A stretch of DNA of 64,000 nucleotides from an uncultured Candidatus Saccharibacteria bacterium. GTDB lineage: Bacteria > Patescibacteriota > Dojkabacteria > SC72. Each line of letters starts with the position of its first letter. The stretch's first letter is position 1. Of this stretch, positions 20,129-29,853 are shown piece after piece. The translations under genes and the position numbers were made by a program. The stretch spans positions 184,035-248,034 of the forward strand of contig CAZSUV010000001.1 in the NCBI GenBank assembly GCA_964610125.1, written 5' to 3'. The notes under the pieces are model-generated. The model did no database searches, was not told the DNA's origin, and saw only the letters and a list, made by a program, of their open reading frames with translations.

Positions 20129-23047
20129 ATGCTAAAAATACTATCAGGTCTCTTTGACTCAAACGAAAAACAGCTTAAAAAGATCCAACCAACAATCGAC
20201 AAGATTAATGGAATGGAAGAAGCAATGGGCAAATTAACCAATGAACAGTTAAGAGCAAAAACTGACGAATTTAGAAAAACATTAGGAGTAGATTTCACCA
20301 CAGCAAGAAAAGAATTTGAGACTCTAAGCACAGATGCGCTAAAGACAAGACTAGATGATGAAAAGAAGAAACTTTACGAAATACTCCCAGAAGCATTTGC
20401 AGTAGCAAGAGAAGCATCCAAGCGAGTAGCAAATCACAGGCATTTTGATGTACAGATGATGGCTGGATATGTACTCTTTGACAACAAAATAGCTGAGCTA
20501 TTCACAGGAGAAGGAAAAACATTAGCAGCAAACCTACCATTGTATCTATGTGGATTAACCGGTCGAGGTGCGCATTTAGTAACAGTAAATGACTATCTCG
20601 CCCGAAGAGATGCAGAATGGAATGGCCATATCCTTAACTCATTAGGTATAACCGTTGGAGCTGTAAACTCTGGCAAACAATACAGATTCATAACAGATGA
20701 AGAAGTACTGAAATTAAAAGGAAGTGATGGAAAGGAATTACTCAAGGAAAGAGACGAAAAAGCTAAAGCCAATGGGAGATTGAAATATGACCATATGAGT
20801 GGAGTGAATATGGTTGAATGTTCAAAACAAGAAGTCTACGCCTGTGACGTGGTATATGGTACTAACAATGAATTTGGTTTTGATTACCTTCGAGACAATA
20901 TGGCAAGAACCTTGGAAGAAAGAGTACAAGGTCCTAAATATTTTGTAATCGTTGACGAAGCTGACTCCATCCTCATTGATGAAGCTAGAACACCATTGAT
21001 CATATCTACCAATGCTCAAACTGCAAATGATATGTACAAAAAGTTCGCAAATCTTGCTAACCAACTACAACCAGAAAAACACTATATCGTTGATGAAAAG
21101 TCTCATTCCGTATCACTAACCGATGATGGAATTGATCATGCTGAGAAGCTACTTGGGGTAAAGAACGTGTATGAAAATGCACAGTTAGCATATCACTTAG
21201 ATAATGCATTAAAGGCAAAGGAGCTTTACAAACTAGATGATGAATATATGATTCGTAATGGAGAAATCCTCATCGTTGATGAATTTACGGGAAGAGCAAT
21301 GGAAGGAAGAAGATACAGTGAAGGATTACACCAAGCGATAGAAGCAAAGGAAGGGGTAGAAGTTAAGCGAGAATCTAAAACAATGGCTACAATTACATTG
21401 CAGAACTTCTTTAGGCTTTACAAATATCTCTCAGGAATGACAGCAACCGCTTTAACTGAGGCTGAAGAGTTCTCCTCAATCTACAAGCTCGATACCATAG
21501 TGGTACCTACCAACAGACAAGTAGTGAGAAAAGATCACGTAGACCTAGTCTACAGAAGCGAGGAAGGCAAGTTTAGAGCCATAGTGGAAGATATTAAGGA
21601 ACACCATGCAAAAGGACAGCCAGTATTGGTTGGTACAACATCTGTTGAAAAATCAGAGAGGATAGCAGATATGCTTGCTAAAGATGGTATCAAACACAAT
21701 GTATTAAATGCAAAACAACACGAAAGAGAAGCACATGTAATCTCTGAAGCAGGTCAAAAAGGATCTGTAACCATTGCAACAAATATGGCAGGTAGAGGTA
21801 CAGATATCGCATTAGGAGAAGGAGTAACTGATCTAGGTGGATTGTATGTAATTGGTTCTGAAAGACATGAATCAAGAAGAATAGATAACCAGTTAAGAGG
21901 AAGATCTGGAAGACAGGGAGATCCTGGTGAATCAAGATTCTTTGTATCATTTGAAGACGAATTAATGAGACTCTTTGGAGGAGACAGAATGCAAATGCTC
22001 ATGACTCAGGTAGGATTGGATGATGAAACACCAATTGAAGTTGGGATATTAGGTAGAACAATTGAAAATGCACAAAAGAAAGTAGAAGCCTACAACTATG
22101 ATATTCGTAAAAATTTGGTTGAATATGATGATGTATTAAATCAACAGAGAGAAATCATATATACCATTAGAAGAAAACTTTTACAGGCAGATACTACAGA
22201 GAAATTTGAAATATCAGCAAAGACATTGAAGCATGATCTTGAAGTAGTAAAAGCATTAGATATTGATACATTGCAAGACAGTTTTGATGGATTCTCATTT
22301 GCTAGGGAAGAAAGTTGGAGAACACCAGAACTAGATTCTCTACAATATATATTCTCACCATTGGAGAAATGGATATTAAAGAAGGAATTAGAATATGTAG
22401 AATATCTCTTTGCATCTGAGTTACAAGATGATGATGAGATAGATAACGTGGAAGAGAGAAAGTTGTATGTACAGATTAAAAATCTTCTAACAGATGAAAT
22501 ATTTGATGTAGTAGTTAAACAACTAGGATTCAAAGATCAGGTTGAAATGTTTAGACATTTGGAATCATTGAACAAGGTAGAAAAGTTAACAGTTATCAAG
22601 AGGATGGTAGCAATAGCTATGATATTACATGTATATTCCATCGGAGCAGAGCCAATGAAAGCTCTTGCTAGAATGTTAATCCTTGAGGCATATGACAAAT
22701 TCTGGATGGAGCACTTAGACACAATGGCTGATTTAAGAGAAGGTATTTCACTTCGAAATCTTGCTCAAAGAGATCCATTAGTAGAATACAAAAATGAGGG
22801 CTTCCAAATGTTTGATGATATGCTCAAAAAGATTGATGAATCGGTATCTACAAGATTCTTTAGAGTAAGGTTGGTGCAAAAGCAAGAACAAATTCCAGTT
22901 AAAACTAATGACCAAGAAGACAAAAGACCTGGCAAAACAGTTGGGCAGAAAACTATAACAAAGAACAAAAAAGTTGGTCGTAATGACCCTTGTCCTTGTG
23001 GTAGTGGCAAAAAATACAAGAAATGTTGCTTCCCAAAGTATGAGTAG
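20129..23047 (+). CDS. secA: Preprotein translocase ATPase SecA
   Basis: TGEGKTL, DEADSILIDEARTPLIIS, TNMAGRGTDI, RRIDNQLRGRSGRQGDPG and C-terminal SEC-C GRNDPCPCGSGKKYKKCC. Confidence 0.99.
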   Translation: MLKILSGLFDSNEKQLKKIQPTIDKINGMEEAMGKLTNEQLRAKTDEFRKTLGVDFTTARKEFETLSTDALKTRLDDEKKKLYEILPEAFAVAREASKRVANHRHFDVQMMAGYVLFDNKIAELFTGEGKTLAANLPLYLCGLTGRGAHLVTVNDYLARRDAEWNGHILNSLGITVGAVNSGKQYRFITDEEVLKLKGSDGKELLKERDEKAKANGRLKYDHMSGVNMVECSKQEVYACDVVYGTNNEFGFDYLRDNMARTLEERVQGPKYFVIVDEADSILIDEARTPLIISTNAQTANDMYKKFANLANQLQPEKHYIVDEKSHSVSLTDDGIDHAEKLLGVKNVYENAQLAYHLDNALKAKELYKLDDEYMIRNGEILIVDEFTGRAMEGRRYSEGLHQAIEAKEGVEVKRESKTMATITLQNFFRLYKYLSGMTATALTEAEEFSSIYKLDTIVVPTNRQVVRKDHVDLVYRSEEGKFRAIVEDIKEHHAKGQPVLVGTTSVEKSERIADMLAKDGIKHNVLNAKQHEREAHVISEAGQKGSVTIATNMAGRGTDIALGEGVTDLGGLYVIGSERHESRRIDNQLRGRSGRQGDPGESRFFVSFEDELMRLFGGDRMQMLMTQVGLDDETPIEVGILGRTIENAQKKVEAYNYDIRKNLVEYDDVLNQQREIIYTIRRKLLQADTTEKFEISAKTLKHDLEVVKALDIDTLQDSFDGFSFAREESWRTPELDSLQYIFSPLEKWILKKELEYVEYLFASELQDDDEIDNVEERKLYVQIKNLLTDEIFDVVVKQLGFKDQVEMFRHLESLNKVEKLTVIKRMVAIAMILHVYSIGAEPMKALARMLILEAYDKFWMEHLDTMADLREGISLRNLAQRDPLVEYKNEGFQMFDDMLKKIDESVSTRFFRVRLVQKQEQIPVKTNDQEDKRPGKTVGQKTITKNKKVGRNDPCPCGSGKKYKKCCFPKYE

Positions 23048-23068
23048 TTTATGCCCTCTATGGGTTTA

Positions 23069-23096
23069 TTGACACTTTCCTCACAAAACATATACT
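23069..23096 (+). promoter_or_regulatory. Sigma70-type promoter
   Basis: TTGACA (23069-74), 16-bp spacer, TATACT (23091-96). Confidence 0.6.
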
Positions 23097-23129
23097 ATTG
23101 GAATATAACAAGTTGTATCCATAACTCTA

Positions 23130-23654
23130 ATGCCAGACAAAAAGAAAATTACAAAAGACCAGTTAGTAACTACACATAAGAGTGTACATGTAGTGTTCTT
23201 CTCATGTGCTCACTGTGGAGATGAGATAGAAGATATCAAGATGTGCCCAAGTTGTGGTGAACCAATGAAGGTTATAAATGTTGTTGAGAAATTTGGAGAA
23301 GAAGCAGAGAAATTCCTTGAGCAAGTTAAGAAGAATATGCCGGTTAAATCTGGTGATGACGATGAAGAAGAGGAAGAGTATGTAAGCATAGATAAAGAAC
23401 AACCAAACATCATATTGATGGGTGGCGCAGATTCAGTAATAGATGATGGTGGAATTGATCCAACTGCACCTGATGATGGCGATGGATTGGATATCATATT
23501 CCCAAGTGATGATGATGGGGAAGAAGTACATCCAAAAGTAGAAGCGTTGGATGATAGTGAACTTTCGAAAGCCTTGGAACAGTTAGATGAGGAAGATGAT
23601 ACATCTTCTGAAGACTTTGATTCATTTGGTGGTGGAGAGGTTCCTGAGTTATAA
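23130..23654 (+). CDS. Zn-ribbon protein with very acidic C-terminal tail
   Basis: CAHC...CPSC followed by about 100 D/E-rich residues. Confidence 0.7.
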   Translation: MPDKKKITKDQLVTTHKSVHVVFFSCAHCGDEIEDIKMCPSCGEPMKVINVVEKFGEEAEKFLEQVKKNMPVKSGDDDEEEEEYVSIDKEQPNIILMGGADSVIDDGGIDPTAPDDGDGLDIIFPSDDDGEEVHPKVEALDDSELSKALEQLDEEDDTSSEDFDSFGGGEVPEL

Positions 23655-23660
23655 TCTTTC

Positions 23661-24818
23661 ATGAATTCTCTTGAAAACTTGTTTCCTAAAGTAGCTATTG
23701 TCGCCGACCAGATGAATGGCTTTGGTGGAGCAGATCGAGAACTAATCTCTATACTCAAGCTTTTTCCTAATGCTGAAATATTCACCATTACTTTTAACAA
23801 GAAGATATATCCTCAAATATCCAATACTGTGCACACCAGCTTTTTGCAAAAATGGTTAGATCGATTACCAAAATCTTTAGCACGACATCTTAAAGTATTT
23901 ACCCCATGGGCATATGAGAGTTTTAATTTTGATGGATTTGATTTAGTCATAAGTATATCGGCTGGCCCTGCCAAGGGAATAATTACAGGAATTGATCAAC
24001 CACATATCGCAATGACCATGACGCCGCCTAGAAGTCTTTGGGACAAAGAAAATAACTTCAGAGCATTAAAACTTAGTAAAATGTATTCTGCCATATCCGA
24101 AACTATCAACGTCTTCATGCGTATCTGGGATATCAATATTGCAAAACGTGTTGATTACTGGACTGCCAATTCTAAATACATTCAAAAGAAAATCCAACGC
24201 ACATATGGTGTAGATGCAACAGTAATATATCCTGGCATAGAAGAAAGGTATTTTGAGAAAAGAAAACAATCGCAACTTGATGAAGTTAAGAAGAAATATT
24301 CACTTCCCGAAGACTTTGTTTTAATAGTTTCTCGCTTGTATGATTACAAAAGAATCGATTGGGCAATTAGGGCATGTATAAAAGCAGACAAGAAATTAAT
24401 CATAGTTGGAGAAGGACCAGATAGAAAATATTTAGAAAAAGTTGCTAACAAGAATCCCAATATTACATTCTTAGGCTATGTTAATGACGATGAGGCAATA
24501 TCGCTTTTCAGATTGGCATCACTACTTCTTTTCTGTGGATTAGAAGACTTTGGGATAGTTCCTGTAGAAGCCATGGCAGCTGGCACGCCGGTATTTGCAC
24601 TTAAAGAGGGTGGCCTCTTGGAAACAGTTAAGGAACATATTTCAGGAGAATTTTTCAAAACAGAAGAAGAATTATGTAATTTACTTAAGGATTTTGATAA
24701 AAGAAGATATAATAAGGAAGAAATTGTAAAACAGGCCAGTAATTTTACAGAAGCCAAGTTCCTAAATAACTTAGAAAAGTACATAACTCAAATATATGAA
24801 AAGGAAACTTCGAAATAG
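23661..24818 (+). CDS. GT4 glycosyltransferase (WbaZ-like)
   Basis: GGADRE, SRLYDYKRID and EDFGIVPVEAMAAGTPV motifs. Confidence 0.9.
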   Translation: MNSLENLFPKVAIVADQMNGFGGADRELISILKLFPNAEIFTITFNKKIYPQISNTVHTSFLQKWLDRLPKSLARHLKVFTPWAYESFNFDGFDLVISISAGPAKGIITGIDQPHIAMTMTPPRSLWDKENNFRALKLSKMYSAISETINVFMRIWDINIAKRVDYWTANSKYIQKKIQRTYGVDATVIYPGIEERYFEKRKQSQLDEVKKKYSLPEDFVLIVSRLYDYKRIDWAIRACIKADKKLIIVGEGPDRKYLEKVANKNPNITFLGYVNDDEAISLFRLASLLLFCGLEDFGIVPVEAMAAGTPVFALKEGGLLETVKEHISGEFFKTEEELCNLLKDFDKRRYNKEEIVKQASNFTEAKFLNNLEKYITQIYEKETSK

Positions 24819-25977
24819 AGGAGCAAATATCAAAGTAGCTGTTGTAACAGATCCATTGTATAAACGTGGAGGAGCAGAAGATCATGTTAGAGGTATATTA
24901 CAAGCATTTCCTAAAGCAGAAATATTTACGGCATATCATGATCCTAAGTTTACAGCCGAATACTATCCTCATGTAAAAGTACATCATTCCTTTATGCAAT
25001 ATCTACCGAAGAAATTTGAACTTAAATATCCATATATGGTATTTCTTCCAGGTGCATATAGATCCTTTAAGTTTGATAATTTTGATGTTGTCATATCAAT
25101 TTCAATTGCTTTTGCTAAATTCGCAAAAACAAAAAATATTCCTCATGTAAATATTTGTATGTCTCCTCCTAAATTCCTGTGGCAAAAGGAAGGAAGAACT
25201 TTGAAGAGTAAGGATAAATTAACAGGCCTTAATAAATTCCTCTTCGGAATATATGGCTCTGTCATAGAACCATCCTTGGAAAAGAAATGGAGGAAATGGG
25301 ATAAAGAAGCAGCTCAAAGATGTACAAAAATAGCGGCGATTTCTAATGTAGTTAAGGAAAGAATAAAGAAATATTACGATGTAGATGCTGATGTCATCTA
25401 TCCTCCAGTAGATACCAAACCACTACAAGCATCTAAGGCTATAAACAGGAAAGAAAATTGGTTCTTGTATTCGGGTAGAGTAGAAACATACAAAGGAGTT
25501 AAGCTTGCAATACAGGCTTGTGTAAAAGCAGGAGTTCCACTTAAGGTAGTTGGTAAAGGAGATGATCTTGATGCCATGGTAGCCCTAGTTCAAAAGTTGA
25601 ATGCCAAAGGATTGGTAAAATTCCTTGGCTATGTATCTGATGAAGAAAAATTTGATCTGATGTCCAGAGCTAAAGCATTACTCTTCCCAGTGAGACATGA
25701 GGATTTTGGAATTACACCAGTAGAAGCTAATGCTTCTGGTACTCCAGTCATAGCTTTTAGAGAAGATGGTGTTTTAGAAACAATATCGGAAGAGAATCCT
25801 AAAACAGGAATATTCTTTGATGAATACAAGGTAGATGCGTTGGCAAAAATACTAAAGAATTTCAAATCAAGTGATTTCCTACCAGACAACTGTAGAAAAC
25901 AAGCAAGTAATTTTGCATCTGAGATTTTTGTATATAAACTGCAAAATTATGTTAAAGATGTCCTACAGAAGAAGTAA
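24796..25977 (+). CDS. GT4 glycosyltransferase (WbaZ-like, paralogue of the upstream gene)
   Basis: GGAED, IYPPVD and EDFGITPVEANASGTPV motifs. Confidence 0.9.
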   Translation: MKRKLRNRGANIKVAVVTDPLYKRGGAEDHVRGILQAFPKAEIFTAYHDPKFTAEYYPHVKVHHSFMQYLPKKFELKYPYMVFLPGAYRSFKFDNFDVVISISIAFAKFAKTKNIPHVNICMSPPKFLWQKEGRTLKSKDKLTGLNKFLFGIYGSVIEPSLEKKWRKWDKEAAQRCTKIAAISNVVKERIKKYYDVDADVIYPPVDTKPLQASKAINRKENWFLYSGRVETYKGVKLAIQACVKAGVPLKVVGKGDDLDAMVALVQKLNAKGLVKFLGYVSDEEKFDLMSRAKALLFPVRHEDFGITPVEANASGTPVIAFREDGVLETISEENPKTGIFFDEYKVDALAKILKNFKSSDFLPDNCRKQASNFASEIFVYKLQNYVKDVLQKK

Positions 25978-26605
25978 AAGGATATTTGATATTGTTCTCT
26001 CCCTTTTGTTGTTAATCATCCTTTCACCAATATTGTTACTCATATCCTTCTTCATTTGGATAGCTGATCGTCAGGAGGTATTTGTTAAAGAACCTCTGAG
26101 GCTTGGAATGAAGGGAAAAGAATTCAAAATGTACAAATTTAGAACTATGATTCCTAATGCACACAATGAAATCCAGAATAACCCAAAATATTCTGAAGCA
26201 AAGGAGATATGGATTAAACACGATGGGAAATTAAAAATAGCTGAAGATCCTAGGATTACATTGATAGGTAGGCTACTTAGGAAAACCGATATGGATGAAC
26301 TTCCTCAGCTATTTAATGTATTAAAAGGAGATATGTCCATTGTAGGACCAAGACCAATGTATCTGGGAGAGGTAAATAGGTATTTGGGAAGTCATCCCGA
26401 TGGGAAGAAATATTACAAACGAAGATTAAGAGTAAGACCAGGAATGACAGGTATATGGCAGGTATCTGGAAGGAATGATATTAAGTTTAAGGACAGGATG
26501 ATATTGGAGGCTAAGTATGCGGCTAATGTAAATTTTAAAGAGGATATTAAAATATTTTTTAAGACACCTTGGGTAGTATTAACAAGGAGAGGAGTATATG
26601 AATAA
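25958..26605 (+). CDS. Bacterial sugar transferase (monotopic phosphoglycosyl transferase)
   Basis: KRIFD, KFRTM, DPRIT, DELPQLFNVLKGDMSIVGPRP and PGMTGIWQVSGR motifs. Start is ATG 25958 or 25949. Confidence 0.93.
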   Translation: MSYRRSKRIFDIVLSLLLLIILSPILLLISFFIWIADRQEVFVKEPLRLGMKGKEFKMYKFRTMIPNAHNEIQNNPKYSEAKEIWIKHDGKLKIAEDPRITLIGRLLRKTDMDELPQLFNVLKGDMSIVGPRPMYLGEVNRYLGSHPDGKKYYKRRLRVRPGMTGIWQVSGRNDIKFKDRMILEAKYAANVNFKEDIKIFFKTPWVVLTRRGVYE

Positions 26606-27206
26606 AGATACGGTAACGATAATAAAATCAGTAAACTATTCTGAGGCCGACAAGGTCCTAACCGTTTTTGGTAGAGAGTATGGAAAATTTACAGTCTTTG
26701 CCAAAGGAATTAGAAAATTAAACAGTAAGAATAGGGGGAATATGCAAACCTTCTGTACTAGTGAAATAGCCTTCTACGAAGGCAAGGGGTTACCAATATT
26801 AACAGAATCTTCTCCTGTATCTAGTTTGAATTTTGATGAACTTAATGTCGCAAACATCCGAAGAATCTCCTTCATGCTTAATAAATTTCTTCAGGAATAT
26901 GATCCATATCCAAAGCTTTTCGATGCACTTCAGGTGGTACTACAGAAGAATCTAGATCTAGAAGCTACTAACAAATTAAGAATTAAGTTTCTTAAAGAAA
27001 TGGGATTCCTTGATGACTTCACCGTTTGTAAATTTTGTGGAGGTAAAGAAGAATTAAAATATCTCGACACTATGAGTTTTGCCCTTGTATGTAAAAATTG
27101 TTACAGTAAAGGAAATGGAAAACCATTAGGGGATAATCCATATTCATCATTACTACTAACTAGGACGTTAGATAGATATATTAAGAAGGTTGTAGAAGAA
27201 ATTTAA
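26598..27206 (+). CDS. recO: DNA repair protein RecO
   Basis: YSEADKVLTVF...GK...AKGIRK; Zn finger CKFC...CKNC. Confidence 0.9.
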   Translation: MNKDTVTIIKSVNYSEADKVLTVFGREYGKFTVFAKGIRKLNSKNRGNMQTFCTSEIAFYEGKGLPILTESSPVSSLNFDELNVANIRRISFMLNKFLQEYDPYPKLFDALQVVLQKNLDLEATNKLRIKFLKEMGFLDDFTVCKFCGGKEELKYLDTMSFALVCKNCYSKGNGKPLGDNPYSSLLLTRTLDRYIKKVVEEI

Positions 27207-27210
27207 AACT

Positions 27211-29382
27211 ATGAAGATAAAAACTGCCATCATTACCATAGTACTCATATTGGGTTTGGTTTTTCTAACAAAGACCTCTTTGTATGCTCAATCATTTCCT
27301 GGAGTGGGTGGGGATGTTACTGTTAATGCCAATATCAATCAAGATTTGTATTCACAATTAGATGTAACTCCAAGTACTGTTGAAGCAATGGAACCTGCCT
27401 TGGTTAATCTACAAATGCTTACTTCCAATGGAGATCCCAAAGCTGGTCGAACTGTAGTGATATATATTAACGGAAGTTCTACTGGTGTAACCATAACTCA
27501 ACCACCTGTCTCAGATAGTAATGGATTAACATCAGGAAGTGTATTCTCTTCTGTACCTGGTACATACGAAGTTTGTGCAATGGATACAACTGAAGGCATA
27601 AATATATATGTACTAGATTGCGAGACATTGTATGTTGTGCCTGTTACAGCACCTGTGTTACTTTCAGAACCACAATATACCAAAGGAACATCAAATACAC
27701 TAACTTGGACCATGTCTGGTCCTAACTCTTACACATACCTAATACAGGCTTCTACCTCTCCTACATTTACAACTATAGCGGCGGAAAGTAATTGGATTTC
27801 TGCTAAGGCATATGAATTTCAAAATCTTTCTGATGGTCAAATATATTTTTACAGAGTGAAAGCAAAGAACTCTTTGGGCGGTGAGAGTGCTTGGTCAAAT
27901 TCGGTATATTCTGTACAAGATAACTCGGAACCAACCATAACGTTGTTAAGTTTAGATGGACTTGGAACTAACAATACTCAGGTTTGGGAAGCCCAGGATG
28001 TTTTAACATTTACATTGAGGGTAAAGGACAATACTGGAGTGGTTAGTAAGAGTTTCTGGTGTGTAGCTAGAGATGATTCTCCATTAGATTGTTTAGATAC
28101 TGAATCTTCAAATGGAGATATATGGACGATATCTGTTAAGCTTGGTGATTTGGAACATGACACGAACTATTACTTGTATAACAACTATTCGTTTTGTGCA
28201 GAAGCAGTAGATCAGGTAGGGAATATTAAAAGGATATGTGATATTTCGTTGACTGTTCCTAACCCCGGGGTTGATGAGGAACCTGAAAAACCTGTCATTC
28301 CAGTTATTGAACAGATTAAAGATACCATTAACGAGATATTGGATGATTCAAAACAGTTTTTTGAGAATACGATAGGGAAGATAAATCCAGCTACATTGGA
28401 GCAACTTTCCATAACGGTAGCCATAGCCAATATTCTTTTTGGCATGGGTATAGTCATAAATGGGCTTGGTACTGTTCCATATCTTCTTCTTCAATTGTTC
28501 TTGAGTATTTCAAGCTTCCTTGGTTTCAGAAAGAAGGGCCATCCTACGGGTTATGTGTATGACTCAATTACTAAAGAACCAATAGCTCAGTGTATTGTAA
28601 GAATATTTGATCAGAATGGTGCATTGGTATGGACAGATGTTACGGATGGGAATGGCTTCTTCAAATCAATTCCTTTGAAGTCTGGAGAATATAGTATAAA
28701 GGTTGTAGCAATGGACTATGAATTCCCTTCTAAGATTGTTTTTGGTAAGGCTGATTTTCCATTGGAGAATGTATATCATGGTCAGGAGTTCTATGTTGCT
28801 AAAGAGAATATTCCTAATTTTTCCATCCCAATGGATAGGTTAGAGATGAGTGATCTTAGGTTTGTGTTTAGCCAATTTGCATTCGTATCTAAACTAGTAT
28901 GGAAATTTTTCCATATGGTTTTGTTTATTGTTGGTTTGATGTTTAGTTTGTATGCTTTGTCTGTAGATAGCTCGTGGTACAACTTTGTCATATTAATTTT
29001 GTATATTCCTTCCGTATTCCTACTGATTACTTCTTTCTTAGGTAAACGAGAGAAGTATGGAATTGTTAAGGATACTAAGGGTAAGAGGCTTACAGGTATT
29101 GTACTTGGGCTTAAGGATAAGGAGTTTGGTAGATTGATTTCTAAGAGGGTTACGGATGAGCTTGGTAGGTTTAGATTCTTCATCTATCCTGGTATCTATG
29201 ATTTAGAGGTGCTTAGTGGGGAATGGAAGATTGTAGGGGGGAGTAATCTTACTGATATTAAGAACAAGAAGGAGGATGTTTTGATTAGGAATATTACTGT
29301 GGAGAAGGTTGTTCCTGAGCAAGAGAAGAAGCCTAAGAAAGTTAAGACGGAGGATGTATTACAACCGTTAGAAGAGTTGTAA
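27211..29382 (+). CDS. Membrane/surface protein with Ig-like, FN3-like and carboxypeptidase-regulatory-like domains
   Basis: Signal peptide; YFYRVKAKN...SAWS (FN3); GYVYDSITKEPI...TDGNG and GIVKD...TDELGRF domains separated by TM helices. Confidence 0.75.
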   Translation: MKIKTAIITIVLILGLVFLTKTSLYAQSFPGVGGDVTVNANINQDLYSQLDVTPSTVEAMEPALVNLQMLTSNGDPKAGRTVVIYINGSSTGVTITQPPVSDSNGLTSGSVFSSVPGTYEVCAMDTTEGINIYVLDCETLYVVPVTAPVLLSEPQYTKGTSNTLTWTMSGPNSYTYLIQASTSPTFTTIAAESNWISAKAYEFQNLSDGQIYFYRVKAKNSLGGESAWSNSVYSVQDNSEPTITLLSLDGLGTNNTQVWEAQDVLTFTLRVKDNTGVVSKSFWCVARDDSPLDCLDTESSNGDIWTISVKLGDLEHDTNYYLYNNYSFCAEAVDQVGNIKRICDISLTVPNPGVDEEPEKPVIPVIEQIKDTINEILDDSKQFFENTIGKINPATLEQLSITVAIANILFGMGIVINGLGTVPYLLLQLFLSISSFLGFRKKGHPTGYVYDSITKEPIAQCIVRIFDQNGALVWTDVTDGNGFFKSIPLKSGEYSIKVVAMDYEFPSKIVFGKADFPLENVYHGQEFYVAKENIPNFSIPMDRLEMSDLRFVFSQFAFVSKLVWKFFHMVLFIVGLMFSLYALSVDSSWYNFVILILYIPSVFLLITSFLGKREKYGIVKDTKGKRLTGIVLGLKDKEFGRLISKRVTDELGRFRFFIYPGIYDLEVLSGEWKIVGGSNLTDIKNKKEDVLIRNITVEKVVPEQEKKPKKVKTEDVLQPLEEL

Positions 29383-29418
29383 AAATGGTATTAAAAGTGA
29401 TATTATACTCATGTTTGT

Positions 29419-29491
29419 GGGCACGTAGCTCAATTGGTAGAGCAAGCGACTCTTAATCGCTTGGTTCGGGGTTCGAGTCCCCGCGTGCTCA
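29419..29491 (+). tRNA. tRNA-Lys (anticodon CTT), CCA not encoded
   Basis: Acceptor stem GGGCACG/CGTGCTC, D arm GCTC..GAGC, anticodon arm AGCGA-CTCTTAA-TCGCT, T arm CGGGG-TTCGAGT-CCCCG. Confidence 0.96.
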
Positions 29492-29493
29492 GA

Positions 29494-29853
29494 TTATATA
29501 TTCACAGGTATAATCTTTATTGCCCAAACCCCATATTTCTCTATCCCTTCTTTATACCCACTTAATGAGTTAATTGATTCAATTCCTCCTTCTAAATCTT
29601 TTCCACTGGAGAGTGTTCTTGTTGTTCCTTCTTGTTCTAATAATTCTCTTACAGTTTTGTAATGTGTAATTCTTAATACTTTTACATTTTGTTGTTCTAG
29701 ATTCTCATTATTTATCAATGTTAATATATCGTCCTTCTTCAAGAGGTTGTAATCAAGCTTCTCACAGGGAGTATTTGTTCTAACCTCTATCTCTTTAGTT
29801 TTATTTTTGATAGCTTGCCAGGGTCTATCATTTATATCTATTGTGTAATTCAT
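29494..29853 (-). CDS. ASCH/PUA-like domain protein
   Basis: PWQAIKNKTKEIEVR (GxKxxExR-like) and EKYGVWAIKI; start overlaps the elp3 stop (TAATG). Confidence 0.8.
   Translation of the reverse strand: MNYTIDINDRPWQAIKNKTKEIEVRTNTPCEKLDYNLLKKDDILTLINNENLEQQNVKVLRITHYKTVRELLEQEGTTRTLSSGKDLEGGIESINSLSGYKEGIEKYGVWAIKIIPVNI

Noticed and set aside
29419-29491. tRNA as an integration site for an island or prophage
   Set aside because: No integrase, and no duplicated tRNA 3' end noticed in the window.
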